NCBI GenBank assembly: GCA_964188305.1
Contig: OZ076888.1
Source of the DNA: Podarcis bocagei
Lineage: Eukaryota
Reading direction: 5' to 3' (one strand)
DNA length: 64,000 bases
Part shown: positions 13,168 through 25,675 of the stretch, piece after piece
How positions within the stretch are numbered: position 1 is the stretch's first letter
Layout of the letters: every line of letters begins with the position of its first letter
Notes under the pieces: model-generated
The model's database searches: none
What the model saw: the letters and a program-made list of their open reading frames with translations, nothing else
What the model was told of the DNA's origin: nothing
Position numbers and translations under genes: made by a program

Positions 13168-14812
13168 CCTGGGGCGGGGCCTGAAGCCTCATAAGGACAC
13201 GTGAAACCCTGAACATGAAAGACGTACTCAAGAAGACAGGATGTGAAATCAACCACAGAGTAAGCGCTACAAAGCCTCACACATCTGGGCATTACTATAA
13301 AGATTCCCTTAGCAAGAGATGTAGCTTCCAAACTGGTTTGAGCTTCAGCCTCATAGAACATAAGTATTGCCTCTTCAAGAGGCCAAACTCCTAAAGGACG
13401 ATTAAATGGAGATGGGGGGCTTCGACCAATTCCCCCAACCACTGCTTTGCAGTTAATTGAGCATTTAAAGGAAGCAATTTCTCACCTTCAAACAAAAGAT
13501 GCTCTTTTCAGCTGCAGATCTCGCATAAGTAATATTCTCAAATGCAATACATTCATTTTAGTAGTTTTCCATTTCACAGAGGCTCCCATTGAGGCAATTC
13601 AATCTTTTGCGAATGTAGAGAAACTCGGGGGGGGGGGCTAGCTTTGCAGCATCCCTGTGGGGCTCCCAGTCTAATGTGAATGTTTTTGCAGAGAGCCACA
13701 ATCCAGTATCACAACATCCCTATCAACTCCCCGTCATTTTACCTACATGCCATGCGTATACACAAAAAAGGCTTCACGTGCTTAATTCTAGCGTGTGCGT
13801 CTGCTGTGAAATACATAAGAGCAAGTCCAGACTAAACAAGGATTGCAACAGTGAATGTCATTGAAATCATGAGAAAGCTCTGTCCATTATCTGCCTTCCC
13901 TCACAAGAAAGCCACCACAGGGTAGTTGCACTTAAAGATTGATGTTAATTCGTTGTCATCCCCGCATGGTGCAAACTCAAAGGCATAAAGCCAGATATTT
14001 TTGAGAAAGCTCCGTCCTTTTATCTAGCTTTGCACAATTGTTTGTAACAGCAGCTGCTTGAGTAATTGCAAAATTGCTGTTCTCCTAATTATACCTTCAA
14101 TGATCTTCCTTAGGCTGTGGTCCAGTGGACCCTGGGAGAGCATCCCAGGACTCACAGCAGTGCAAATCTCTCTCCCTGTAGGCAGAGAAGCAGGTTTGTA
14201 GGTGAAGGAGGAGGCCTTCTCATTACAGAGGCGAAATGGTGAAACCCTCTTGGGATTTAGGTTCCATGATGGTTCCTGGGCTGCCCTGTCACCTATTTTG
14301 AGTTATTATTCAACTGCCTGGCTAATCATCTCCAATATATGGAATGAGGGAGAGGGGCACATCTTGTCCTTCAGCTCAGTTAGCCAAATTTATTGGGCCT
14401 AAGTTGGTCTGGCGGTCAAAAGTCAAGGCTGAGCAGCTTTCAATGCCACCATGCTAAAGTTCTCTATTCATTTCATGTGCATAGCTGGGTGAGAAAAGAG
14501 AGCAAAGGCCAGTGGGTGGGGCTTCCCTCCATCCTTGTCCATCCCCACCTCACTTTGTGCAACCATTGGGAACCTGACAGGTCCTAGAAGCCATGCCAAT
14601 GTAGAAATTCTAAAGAAGGATAAATTTCAGTGTATGACAAATGCCTTCTTAATTCACTCATCTGTAAATAAACTATAGTTCAGATGTGAGGAGAAGTCCA
14701 TTGGTCACCATGGCCAGCTGAAGACGTTTTGCTACCTGAGGCAAGGACCACGGGTACAAAACTGTATGGGAAACAACCCTACTAGAAAAGCTAACCAACA
14801 AATTGAAATTAG

Positions 14813-15475
14813 AAAGAAACTGAAGGCACTTTCTATCACCTTTGGTGGACATGCCTGAAGATTAAGGCTTTCTGGGAAATGATATACAATGAAATGAAAA
14901 AGATACTTAAATGTACTTTCCCTAAAAAACCAGAGGCCTTTCTCTTGGGCATTGTCGGCCAATTGGTGCCAAAGAAGGACAGAACTTTCTTTATGTATGC
15001 CACAACAGCAGCAAGAATACTCATCGCAAAGTATTGGAAGACACAAGATCTACCCACCCTGGAAGAATGGCAGATGAAAGTGATGGACTATATGACATTA
15101 GCCGAGATGACTGGCAGAATTCGCGACCAGGGAAAGGAGACGGCGGAAGAAGATTGGAAGAAATTTAAAATTTACCTTAAGGACTACTATAAACTTGTTG
15201 AATGTTAGAATGTCAAGGTTTTGAGTAAGAAAGGGTTACAGCGATACAAGATTAGATTGAAGGAAAGATTGAGAGGACAGAGGATTGACAGATGTATTTA
15301 GAGTTGCTAAAAACTTTTGGACATTGGGATGCAGAAAGGGGAGGTATGGGGAAGTCTGAGAAACACGGTTTATGAAAAAAGGTTATGAAATTATACGTGT
15401 TTGTATGTCTTTTTATATGTTTGTATTGTCTTAAAAAATTGTAAAACCAATAAAAAATTTTATAAAAAAAACAAA
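14813..15475 (+). mobile_element. 5'-truncated L1-clade LINE 3' end with intact ORF2 C-terminus
   Basis: Open frame 14813-15208 (KETEGTFYHLWWTCLKIKAFW...ILIAKYWK...EEDWKKF...), containing the HxWWxC half of the zinc knuckle. AATAAA and A-tail follow. 16-bp TSD AACAAATTGAAATTAG at 14797-14812 and 15476-15491. Confidence 0.92.
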
Positions 15476-15775
15476 AACAAATTGAAATTAGCATGGGGAC
15501 AAACAAAAGAGATGCCTTCGCCCCGATGTGGCTCCTGCTGATTACATATACAGCCCAACAAAGATCTAACCCCACCAACAACATTCAAATTGATACCGCT
15601 AATTTGACCCAACAACTCTCTCCCCCTCTCACACAAAACTCACTGCAATCAACTGAATGCAACAAACCACACTCTGGGCTCTCCAACCTCTCACACTGCC
15701 AACATACATACATACATACATAGCCTATCCATGTGACACTGGCACAGAACTCTGCACATACACTATGCAAAATAT

Positions 15776-15929
15776 TAATTATTATTATTATTATTACTAC
15801 TACTATTATTACTATTATTTATACCCTGCCCATCTGGCTGGGTTTCCCCAGCCACTCTGGGTGGTTCCCAACAGACTATTAAAAACACGATAAAACATCA
15901 AACATTAAAAACTTCCCTAAACAGGGCTG
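15776..15929 (-). mobile_element. L2 3' terminal fragment (second L2 family)
   Basis: (TTA)n tail plus the stem-loop tggctgggtttccccagcca, shared with 30347, 35157, 42626, 55893 and 59626. Confidence 0.85.
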
Positions 15930-16737
15930 TAATGAAATATCATTATCCCACACATCTCTCTTCCCCACAACCTCACAGTGCTTATGATAGCAGTATCTCA
16001 CACTGAATGTAACTGACCTGTAGAAAGGACTCTATGAATTGAAAACCGAGACATTAAATGTACCTTTATTATCCATGAAAATATTTCAATCGCAACATAT
16101 ATATTTTTTAAAAAGATGGCAATCTCCACATTCCAAGTATTGGGGATGCCAAGACTGGCAGCTGAATGTTACTTCATGTTGATGATGGAACAGTGTCATC
16201 CATCCACACCTGAAGGCAGAAGGCTGGCATAAAGGATACAGGGCAGATCATGTGGCATGCACATCTCTACCCCACACTGCCACTTCCTATGCCCTACCCT
16301 ACCCCAAACATTTGGCATAAAGGCAGCTGCCTCACTCTGCCTAATATAGCGCCAGACCTGCCCAACAATTTCCCAAAATTTTCAGAGCATCTAATTGTAT
16401 TCATCAGAATGAAATTAAACCTTTGGGGTTTTTTTCCTTTTTAGGGAGGTGAAGGTTTCACACCTTTCTGAGTACACCTCAGTTGCTAGTACAGAGTATT
16501 ACAGTTCAATGAGTTGCTAATTAACACCCAATTATAGAACAATCTGCCATCTCAATCAAGGACCTGAATCAGAACAGAAAGGATTACGAAACTGGATATT
16601 ATTAACTTAGCATCTGGTTATATGTGTTCTGCATCAGAGCCCTAGAACAGGGGTTTTTACACTGGGTTTCAGAGAACCTTGGGATTCCTTGGAAGCTGAG
16701 CAGGAGTTCCTTCATGAGAACAATCAGTAACGGCAGA

Positions 16738-17007
16738 CAGTGCTGGATTTATGTATAGGCTAAGTAGGCTGAAGCTTAGGGCCTCTAAATTTAGGGGGCC
16801 TCGCCAGTCTGCCCTCTCCCTAGTGCCACAGTCTCCCCTCTCCCAAAATTGCAAACCCAAGACTGCATGTGAGGGCAGGACAACTTGGGCCTCTAAATCT
16901 AGGGGGCCTCACCAGCCTGCCCTCTCCCCAGTGCCGCAGTCTCCCCTCTCCCAAAATTGTAAACCCAAGACTTCATGCAAGGGCAGGGCAACTCAGGCCC
17001 AGCAACT
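16738..17007. mobile_element. hAT-like element fragment with an internal tandem duplication of about 109 bp
   Basis: Starts cagtgctggattta..., the reverse complement of the right end of the 45350 element. 16780-16882 is repeated at 16889-16992. Confidence 0.6.
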
Positions 17008-17015
17008 ATAAGACT

Positions 17016-17225
17016 CAGGGCTGGCCAATGGGGCCCAATTTGAAGCAGTGGGGCGCAAATTGAATTTTTTCTTTTTGTAGGGCCCCAGTGCACAGCCAAA
17101 GTCTGCAAAATCTTATAGCTATAAATAAAATCAATCTAAATTGCCCTGATATGAGGGGCCCCTTAGGAGCAGCACGCGGGGCCCAATTTGGCCCAATTGC
17201 TCCAATTGCCTTAAGGTCAGCCCTG
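17016..17225. mobile_element. hAT non-autonomous element
   Basis: TIR cagggctg...cagccctg; 8-bp TSD ATAAGACT / ATGAGACT. Confidence 0.75.
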
Positions 17226-20200
17226 ATGAGACTGTGCAGGGGTTGAACTGACAAGCCCTGCACCTTCTAGGTCACTGGTGTCACTATTCAGAGTACAGAC
17301 TCAAAGACTTGTTATGGAAATAAAGGGGGGCACTTATTGAAAATCAGTTTTGTCACCTCTCCTCCCCCCCTCCGCAAACATTGAGATAATGAGCCCAGTC
17401 ACCTTTTATTCACAGTCGTATAAGCACTACACTACAGCATGGCCATAAACCTGTATGTTCAACCGCTGAAATATACACCCAATATGTAGCAATGGAGATT
17501 TATGTTATTGCTTTATGAATGAGCACTATGTTTTATGAATGGACTGTGTATTTTGTGAATTACCTAAGAACCACCAATAGAGAGCTCTAGAATCTGACAG
17601 CTAACCAATTGGGTACTACCAAACAGTGACCCCTATTGCTGAAAGCAGATAAGCAGCAGGAAATGCTTCAGCTCAGCCTTTGCACTGTTGACTGAACACC
17701 CCCTGCTGTGCAGATAATGGAGAAAGCTCATAAATTGTATACCTTCTGGCATGCTGGCCAACTCTATTACGCTGGTGTAAACCCTGGTGCACCCGAAGCC
17801 CAGAATAGCAGCAAATAAAATCCACTCATCCATCAGCAAATGATGACTTGTCAACCAGTTCTTCCAAAGTCTTCCTAAATTATAAAGCTCCAAAATACAG
17901 GCCAAAAGTGAGCAGCTCTGAGAAGAACGAGGCATACAATGGGCACCACCAGTGAAAAGGCCCTGCTCCGTGTAGCTCCTGCCCTGTCATTTGATAGGGT
18001 GCCCACTTGCCCTCCTTCTTGACATGGAATGCTCTCTGTTGGAGTCTCCAGGGCCTGTACAAAGACCATAAGACGGGAGAGCAGGGACCTTGAAGTTCCC
18101 AACAGCTGTTAAGCAAGCAAGCACACAGGTCACCTTTGTCACAGTCAAGATGCCTATGTCCTGGCCATGCCTGCACCCAATCTTGTTTTTGTACAATCTT
18201 GTTTGTTCTCAACAGCCAAAATTATATTATCAACATATACTAGCAGAAAAGTTGTTTTCCTTCATTTGCAAGGAATCGTACAAAACAAAGTGGCACTAAT
18301 AAAGAAAGGTTCCAGGGTGGCAACAAAAAGCAAAGAAAAAATGCTTTTGCAGTTCATCCAAACTATCCAGCAATATCAAGTTATATGAAAACTGGTGCTA
18401 TTAACAGTAATCCTTCTAGTTGGTTAATTGGTTTGGCAACTTCCATGCACATGACGTGTGATGCTAATTATTTCCCCAAAGAGTTAAATGATAACTAATC
18501 AGAGGCAGCTACAGTTGCAAATGGCAACAAAATATCTGTGAAAGGAAGAGGAGCAGGTTTGCTCAAGTGTGTTGCAGGTAGAAATACTGTTTGTAATGAA
18601 GTGAGAGCAGTAGTTTACTTGCTTGAATTAACAAATAAGAAAGTTTTGAGAATTTAAATTCTAGATTAAAATTGATTACTTAATTGAGAAGGGGATTGTA
18701 ACAAAAACACTGGGGACTAATTTGAATAGTAAAGTGTCTGGTATCTGGTGGGCAATCTCATCCTTTATTTCCACACTGTGGCTGCAGACCAAAGCACTTG
18801 TCAGGAGAGCTATGAGATTCAGGTGAGGGTCAGATGCCTTGTCAATCCCAGCAGGTATATAACAGGAAGACCAGGCAGGCCTGTGGACTACCAAGGCCAT
18901 CTTAGTGCTCAATTAGTGCCCATCTCAACTTTCCTAACATTAATTGTTGTAACTCTGAACATTTCTGCCAGGGGCAGACAAAATACCACCTCTGCCACCA
19001 TATAGGCAAAGTAAAGAAACCCAAACATCCACAGGACATACTATGCTCACCTCCTATTTCAGACATGTAAGGATGTGGTGATGCTGCCATGCACTAGAGT
19101 TCCCTAAGGTGCGCTAGGTCTCATCTCATCTGTCCCTATGGTTCTGTAAGGAGGTGGTCCTGTTTGTGGGCCAGAAGTAGATGAGGTGAGATCTAGCATA
19201 GCCTGATGGATGTCCCCAGGCAATGTTGGATTCCTTCTTGTTTTCTCTGTTAACATATTTCCTTCTTTCAGGCTTTGACTTTTCAGACTTTCATTTATGT
19301 TGAGTGTTCCCTTTTCATGAATGTGAAAGAGAGGGAAAGGTTATTAATGATTTAGAGAGCAGTCTCGGTGTACATTGCCAAGTTACATAAGCAAAAGAGG
19401 CAGATCCTTCCCTGGAAAGAGCTTCCAGTCTAATTATGGAGAATGAGTTTAAGTGAAACAAGGGCTCAACTGAGGTGTTGAAAAATATGACAAGATAGTG
19501 ACAAGAGAAATAGCATGATAAGAGAGTGGATGTACAATAGTGGGTACTAGCGAGATGATGAGCACAGCAGCCAATCAGAACAAAAGAGAAGAAGCAAGAG
19601 TCAAAGTCTTAGGTTATGGGAGAGAGATGCTATTCAGAGATGACATGGATTTGCTCCAAAAACTTGGTGAAATTTCATTCTAGTTCCATTTCTATTGTGT
19701 TCTTTGAATAATGTTCCTTGAATTGCAGGAAGAGATTTTGTTATTTTCAATCTCATTTAATTTTGATATCTGTTACCATGCAACTCACCCATTTTTTTCC
19801 TGACTGCCTGGTTTTGTGAGGAAATGAGGTAAGAGATATAAGTTTCTTTTCCATATTAGCTGAGAGAGTGTCTTGTGCTATCTTCTTTTTGTATAGCCGC
19901 TGACTAGGGAGGGGGCAAATTTCAGCATGCAGACAAGGTCAGAATATTTGTCAGATGGGTCTTGTGTCTTGCAATCTATTATAACTTGGTTGATTTCCAG
20001 GCCTAGTTACCACATTATTTTTAAAGTCATCAAAACAAAGCTCATTTTCCCAGTTATTTTACCATGGAATCCTAGAGATGCCACCAATGCTATGTCAACT
20101 GAAATTTATCCCAGATTTTGGGCTTCCAATTTGGAGCAATGGTGTTCTCCTGAACTAGAAACCCAGCTTCATAGAGGGCTTACATGGATGAATATTTCTT

Positions 20201-21685
20201 CTGAAGCTGCCCTCATTTCTAGTGGCATTCAATTAAGTCCTACTCAGAGTAGGGCCATTGATGTTAATGAACACGACTAACATAGATTCATGAAATCCAG
20301 CATTTAGTCAGCCTGCAATGGGAAACAATTCAGCCCAGCAGGTTAATCACCTTAGTAGGAACTGGACCCTGGTTTCTCCTTCAAGTGCTAGTGTTGAGCT
20401 GCCCATTCATGAGAGATCTTGAGAATAGGATCAACTAATTAATGATTGTCAGTATTGTTCCCTGATATTTCCAGCTTCTGCCATGTTAATTCCATCCCAC
20501 ACACCCACACCCATTCATTGCAGAAGGAAATGATCAGATTTGCTTAACCTGCATGATATGTTGTGGTTTTTGCTACAAAAGCTCTACATTTCACAGTGCT
20601 GTAGTCAGCACAGTATTATTCTCAGTGCAATGCATGGCAGATGGAATCTACACGATATGTTTCACGGCACTGAGAACGTTGTCTTCTTATTCATCTTATT
20701 ATGTCAACCTGACTTTTCCAAATGATGATCATGTGCTACTGATGACAGTTTCAATGATTTACTGCAATAATCCTCGAAGTAATTTCGTAAAACCTATGCA
20801 CCAGAAACATCAACTCTCAATTCAGCCTTGCTGAACACTAAATACTGATTTCCTCAAAGATCCCATAATACTTGATCAAATTAAGAGTGACATTAGAAAC
20901 TCCACAGAATTTAATGACTTGCCTGCATCTCCTGTGGGAAACAATTAATGCAAACTCCCATGACACATATATTTCCTTAATACACCCCTGGAGAGAAAAT
21001 GATCGCACTGATGTCTACTTAGAACTTCACAGAAGTACAAATTAAATTCTTGGAGAAGATCTGCAGGCTTGCTTAGTCCTCTGACATGCTCCATGAACTT
21101 GCTGCCATTGCAGGAGGCTTAATAGCCTTTTGATTAAAACAATGGATTATTTACTCCAGCTATGTATGCAACATGACTATAAAGAGAGCAATGAAGCGAG
21201 TGGAGTGTTGAGCTTATACAAACAGAAAGGTGATATTTCACAAGAGGGAGACAATCAAATAATTAATGGCGATAACAAAGTGTTAGAGATTGGCAAATGG
21301 CTCAGTGGGAACATATTGTGATAAGTTAAAGACTTATCAGAGTGATGTTGATAACTGCATACTCCTGAAACAATATAAATGTTTTGGCTCAAGCTGAATG
21401 CAAAGTCCCTGTGACTATGAAGCATGAGTCTGCACTTGTAGTGTATATGTTTATTAGTAAACTTCTTTCTTTCTTTCTTTTCAAGTCTGCTCAAGCAGGA
21501 ACTCCAAATTTGCCTTAGTTCTGGGGAGAGTTCTTTAGTATCTGGGGAGATTTCTTTAGTATCTGTAAATTTCATTAGATGCATGAAATCCATTGGAGAA
21601 ATTTGACTAATCTTATTACTAGCCTTTTGGCTTATTCCAAAATTTCGCAGATGGTTCTCCATAGGAGCAATGGCAAATTTTGCTT

Positions 21686-22528
21686 TGTGTGGAAAGGCCC
21701 CATGACCACCCTGTTCCCTAAAATGCAAATAACCAGACAAGACATGGCATATTGGGTTTTGGGATCAATTAAGGCCACAACTTTATTGGTTTGACCATAG
21801 ACATAGAGGTAAGCAACTGTGCATGTCACTCCCACCCGTCCACTGGGAGTGTTTCTAAGGGTGAAGCCGGGGGGCACCATATGACCTATGGCGAATCAGG
21901 GTGTTCCCCCAAGCGGTCCCCACTGGAGGAGTGGTATGGCCCTAGCCCCCATCTGGGTGGACAGAGCCACTCCTCCCAGATCCTTTTAACAGGATAACCT
22001 TTCTCATGGAGGGGCAGGTGGAGGCTACAACCTCCCCTCCAACCAAGACTAGGCTTACCCGATGCCTATCCGCTTTACAAAGTTGTGATGATTGCTATGA
22101 GGTAGGTGAAAACCCGAATGGCAGAGCCAATTTGCCAGATGGGAAAAATTCCTGCCCAACCTCTTAATCCAGCGACTGACATTGTCTGTAGCTAGGATGT
22201 ACCATCCGCAGAAAAAAACCCAAACAAACCCTGAACTAAGGGAAGGTGGGTAGGAGAACCGGTGCAGCGAGCATGAGGCCGAAAGGTGCCGCAGCCCAGA
22301 TATTTAATCTTCCTCTGGAAGATGGGCAGCACACCCAGGGGAATGCTCCCTGAATTCCTGCCGCCATTGGACCAATCAGTGTCAGGAAGACAATCTGGCC
22401 TGCTATAGGCCAATTCACAGGGGAGACCCAGTGCCTGCCCGCAAAGCCTGAGAAGGGCAAATGGACTTAGACAAAATTCAGCGTTGCATCTTGTGTATTG
22501 GAGTGTGGCACCACATACGGAAGGCACA
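21686..22528 (-). mobile_element. Solo ERV-like LTR (ends approximate)
   Basis: On the minus strand: CCAAT boxes near 22365-22378 and poly(A) context CAATAAAGTTGTGGC (AATAAA at 21782-21787). A core of about 110 nt is homologous to the LTR at 23284. Confidence 0.7.
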
Positions 22529-23040
22529 GTGAACCTGTCAATATTTAGATCTTCAGCAACGCATAGTTGATTATTTCCTTTAGCTCAGAAACCCCTCGTT
22601 TTTCTATAAAGCAAAGAATCCCAGCATTCTAAAAGAAGGTGAAGAAACCTATACATTGCACAAGAATCTGACCTGTTGCGCAATGTAGACTTGACTGAAA
22701 GAATAGGCCATGAGAAACAGGAAAAAATAGACCACTGCAAATTTCCTTGAAAGATCCTTTCCCTAACCCTAACTCATATATTCTAGTGCATAATATAGTC
22801 ATACTAGTTTCAATGGTGGTAACATTTTACCACTATAGCACCTGCTTTTATGTCTATACACAAGTTATTCAGAACACTGACAGCTAATTTCAGCTTTGAG
22901 GAAGAAATATTTTTAACTGAGTTTCGCTATTGATCTTACCTTAGCAATTGAACTCAGCTTTTAGTTACAGAAGTATGATCAAACTTGGTTAAAAAACATT
23001 TCTTCATATACCATGGTCTCTCTCTTCCCACCCCTAAAAC

Positions 23041-23179
23041 TTAGAATCACAAAGTTGGAAGGGACCACAAGGGTCATCTAGGGGTCCATCTCCCCTGCAA
23101 TGCAAGAATGTTTTGCTAAATGTGGGGCTCGGACCCACAACCCTGCAATTAAGAGTCTCATTTTCTATCAACTGAGCTA
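23041..23179 (-). mobile_element. tRNA-Lys(CTT)-derived SINE with CR1 3' tail
   Basis: Minus strand tagctcagttgatagaaaatgagactcttaa...gggtccgagccccac, followed by the CR1-type tail tagatgacccttgtggtcccttccaac...attcta. Confidence 0.8.
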
Positions 23180-23283
23180 TGTACATCCTAGCTTCAAGAT
23201 ACAGAACTTCTGTATCTTCAACAGAAACTTTTGTTTATCGAGAAAAGCTAAAATAAATAGTTTCCTCCCTAAAAGAGGGCATG

Positions 23284-24061
23284 TGTTGTGGTGAGATCTG
23301 AAAACTGACCTCTTGGTTGTGGGTGGGTCCATTGGATAGCTACAACACCCGATTGGTAGGTCCCTCGATGCTGGGTTTTAATCTGGCCAATGGGGTTGCA
23401 GTCTAAATGGATCTATATAAACCCATGCACATGACCCAAAGCTCCCTTTTTCGGCTTATGCATCGGAACACCCACCCACCTTTCCCTAATTTTAGGGCCG
23501 TTTGCAATTGACCTTGCTATGCCATCGTGTGTCATCTGTCGTTGGGACAGGGGCAGGGCAGGAATTTTCCCACTTGGCTGATTGGCTGTTGCCATTTGGG
23601 TTTTGCCTGCCATGTAGCAATTCGTCACAACTTGTAAAGTTGTGGATAGGCACTGGTTCATGTGATAGGGATGGAAGAATGGTCTTGCCATCCCTACGTG
23701 AAGGGTATTCCATTAAAGGAATCCAGGGACTCAACTTGGTTTGGCCAACCCCCGGAAAAGGGTTGTGCCCATGCCTGAGTCCAGGGGAGCATCTGGGGAG
23801 TGAATAGAGTCTGCTCCCAGGCTTTTCACCTTCCTCAGGTGTTCACCTTTGGCTGACCTATGATAGAGTTCTGGGTCAGCGCTATCTGCATGGCAGGGAG
23901 CTAGTCGAACCAGAGCCTATGCAACCACACACTTTTCTGTAATCAATAAAGTTGTGGCATAAATTCTGCCAAAAACCAAAACTAAAATTTGAGTCAAATG
24001 TGTCTTTATTTAGGAGGGAGGTCCCTGGGTCTGAACACACAAAATTACACACACAATCACA
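23284..24061 (+). mobile_element. Solo ERV-like LTR
   Basis: TG...CA ends; CCAAT/ATTGG boxes 23330-23391; TATATAAA at 23414; AATAAAGTTGTGGC at 23945. No clean TSD. Confidence 0.75.
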
Positions 24062-24191
24062 ATGAAGCAAAACATACGACAGTACAATTTAACGCCATGC
24101 AGACTGTGCATTATTGGGGCAGAACAAGCAATCCAGGGAACAAAACCTTGCATTAAGAATTTGTTTTGTTTTCCTCCATTAGTTTTCTAGC

Positions 24192-24195
<4 letters not shown>

Positions 24196-24262
<67 letters not shown>
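24196..24262. repeat. (CT)n microsatellite
   Basis: Direct reading. Confidence 0.95.
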
Positions 24263-25613
24263 CAAAAGCATCTCTGCTTTCAAACCAGCATCTTCATTTC
24301 ATCCAGGACAAATCTCTCAACTCTAAGCCTTGACCCAAAAATAATTGTGAAGTCCCATCTAATGTGCCTAGGAAGTGTGAAAATGAAGAGTCTGTGGTGA
24401 TCTCAGAGGCAAAGCAGGATGTCATGCCCATATCTGATCATCTTTCAGCAGATGATAAATATCCTTCCCTCCCCACAAAAAACCTAGCTTTTAATCAGTG
24501 ACCTCTGTTACTTTTCATGATGTTTTGCTGAAGTTTTCATACCACTGTCTTTGGATGTTTTAACTATCATTTTAAATGATATATTATGTGGAGGTTTTAT
24601 TTTGTTTTCCTCCTTGTGATGTGTTCTAGGAGTCACCAGGGCAGTTTCTGCTTTGCATACATCCATTCTAGGCACCTGCAGGGCCAGGCAGATTCAATAT
24701 AGAAGATGGCAGATGAGCTTGTATTGCCTGTTCTAAATAGGGTTGCCATATTTCAAAAAGTGAAAAGCAGGAGACCCTGAAAGTTGTTGAGCTACCATCT
24801 TTGTTTCCCTCAACCCCACTTGGGACCAGAGGCGCAGCATTCTGGAAAACAAAAGATGGTGGACATAACTATCTGGAGCTTCACTTGTTAAAACGTGTCA
24901 GATAAGCTTGTAAAGGCAGCTCTTTTCAAAACAGCCTTTTTTCTGTTAGTAAAAGTCTCCCACTATTCCTCTGTTCAAGATACGACAGCTTTAGATTATT
25001 TTTTATTGTAAGCTTGTTTCAGCTATTGTTTGAATAGATAAGCAGAGCACAAATAATAAGTGAACTATACTAACCTAAAAAGCAACAACAAAGAGCTATG
25101 ATAAGATAAGGCTAGAAAATTTGTCATGATTCCAGGCAAGGCGCATTGCATGTCCCTAGTGAATTCTAAATCTAGCATTTGCAGGAGCACAAATTCTGTG
25201 GGTTTTGGATAGATGGACTTGTAGACAGAGGCACAGCTTTTCTTTGTTGATGACTAGTTCTCTTACACTATTCTGCTGGCTTTCCTTTGGATACTTGCCT
25301 GTAATATCACTGTTTTTAACCTGAAAGGACTGCTTCAAGTACTCTTATTAGCATAAAATCCTCTGCTACCTGGAATTATTTGTTCAGCGCTTGACTTGAT
25401 TGTAATTACTGGCTATGATGCTCATGTTTTTGATATTCTGAAAATTTCAACATTCAGAAAACGGCTACTTGCGGGATTTTTGCAACTAATGTAATAACAA
25501 GAAAAAATGTTGATGAGTGTAAAAATCATTTTAAAGTTGGCAGATACAACCTACTGACTTGAAGTCCTGTTTTTCACAACAACATAAATTCTTAATTTAT
25601 CTTACCAAAATCT

Positions 25614-25618
<5 letters not shown>

Positions 25619-25672
<54 letters not shown>
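25619..25672. repeat. (TA)n microsatellite
   Basis: Direct reading. Confidence 0.95.

Positions 25673-25675
<3 letters not shown>

Larger units (their letters stand above)
9080..13198 (-). mobile_element. Near-full-length L2-clade LINE (single APE-RT ORF, tandem-repeat 5'UTR, (TTA)n tail)
   Basis: (AAT)n tail 9080-9126 on the plus strand; 3' stem-loop 9141-9176; ORF2 9306-12285; T-rich spacer; about 115-bp tandem monomers 12570-13167; terminal 31-bp inversion. No clear TSD seen. Confidence 0.95.

Noticed and set aside
23105-23179. tRNA-Lys gene
   Set aside because: The stems are degenerate and it is fused to a CR1 tail, so it is a SINE head; the same applies at 47335-47392.
22529-23283. Provirus interior between the two LTRs
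   Set aside because: The LTRs are in opposite orientation and diverged; there is no PBS, gag or pol between them.
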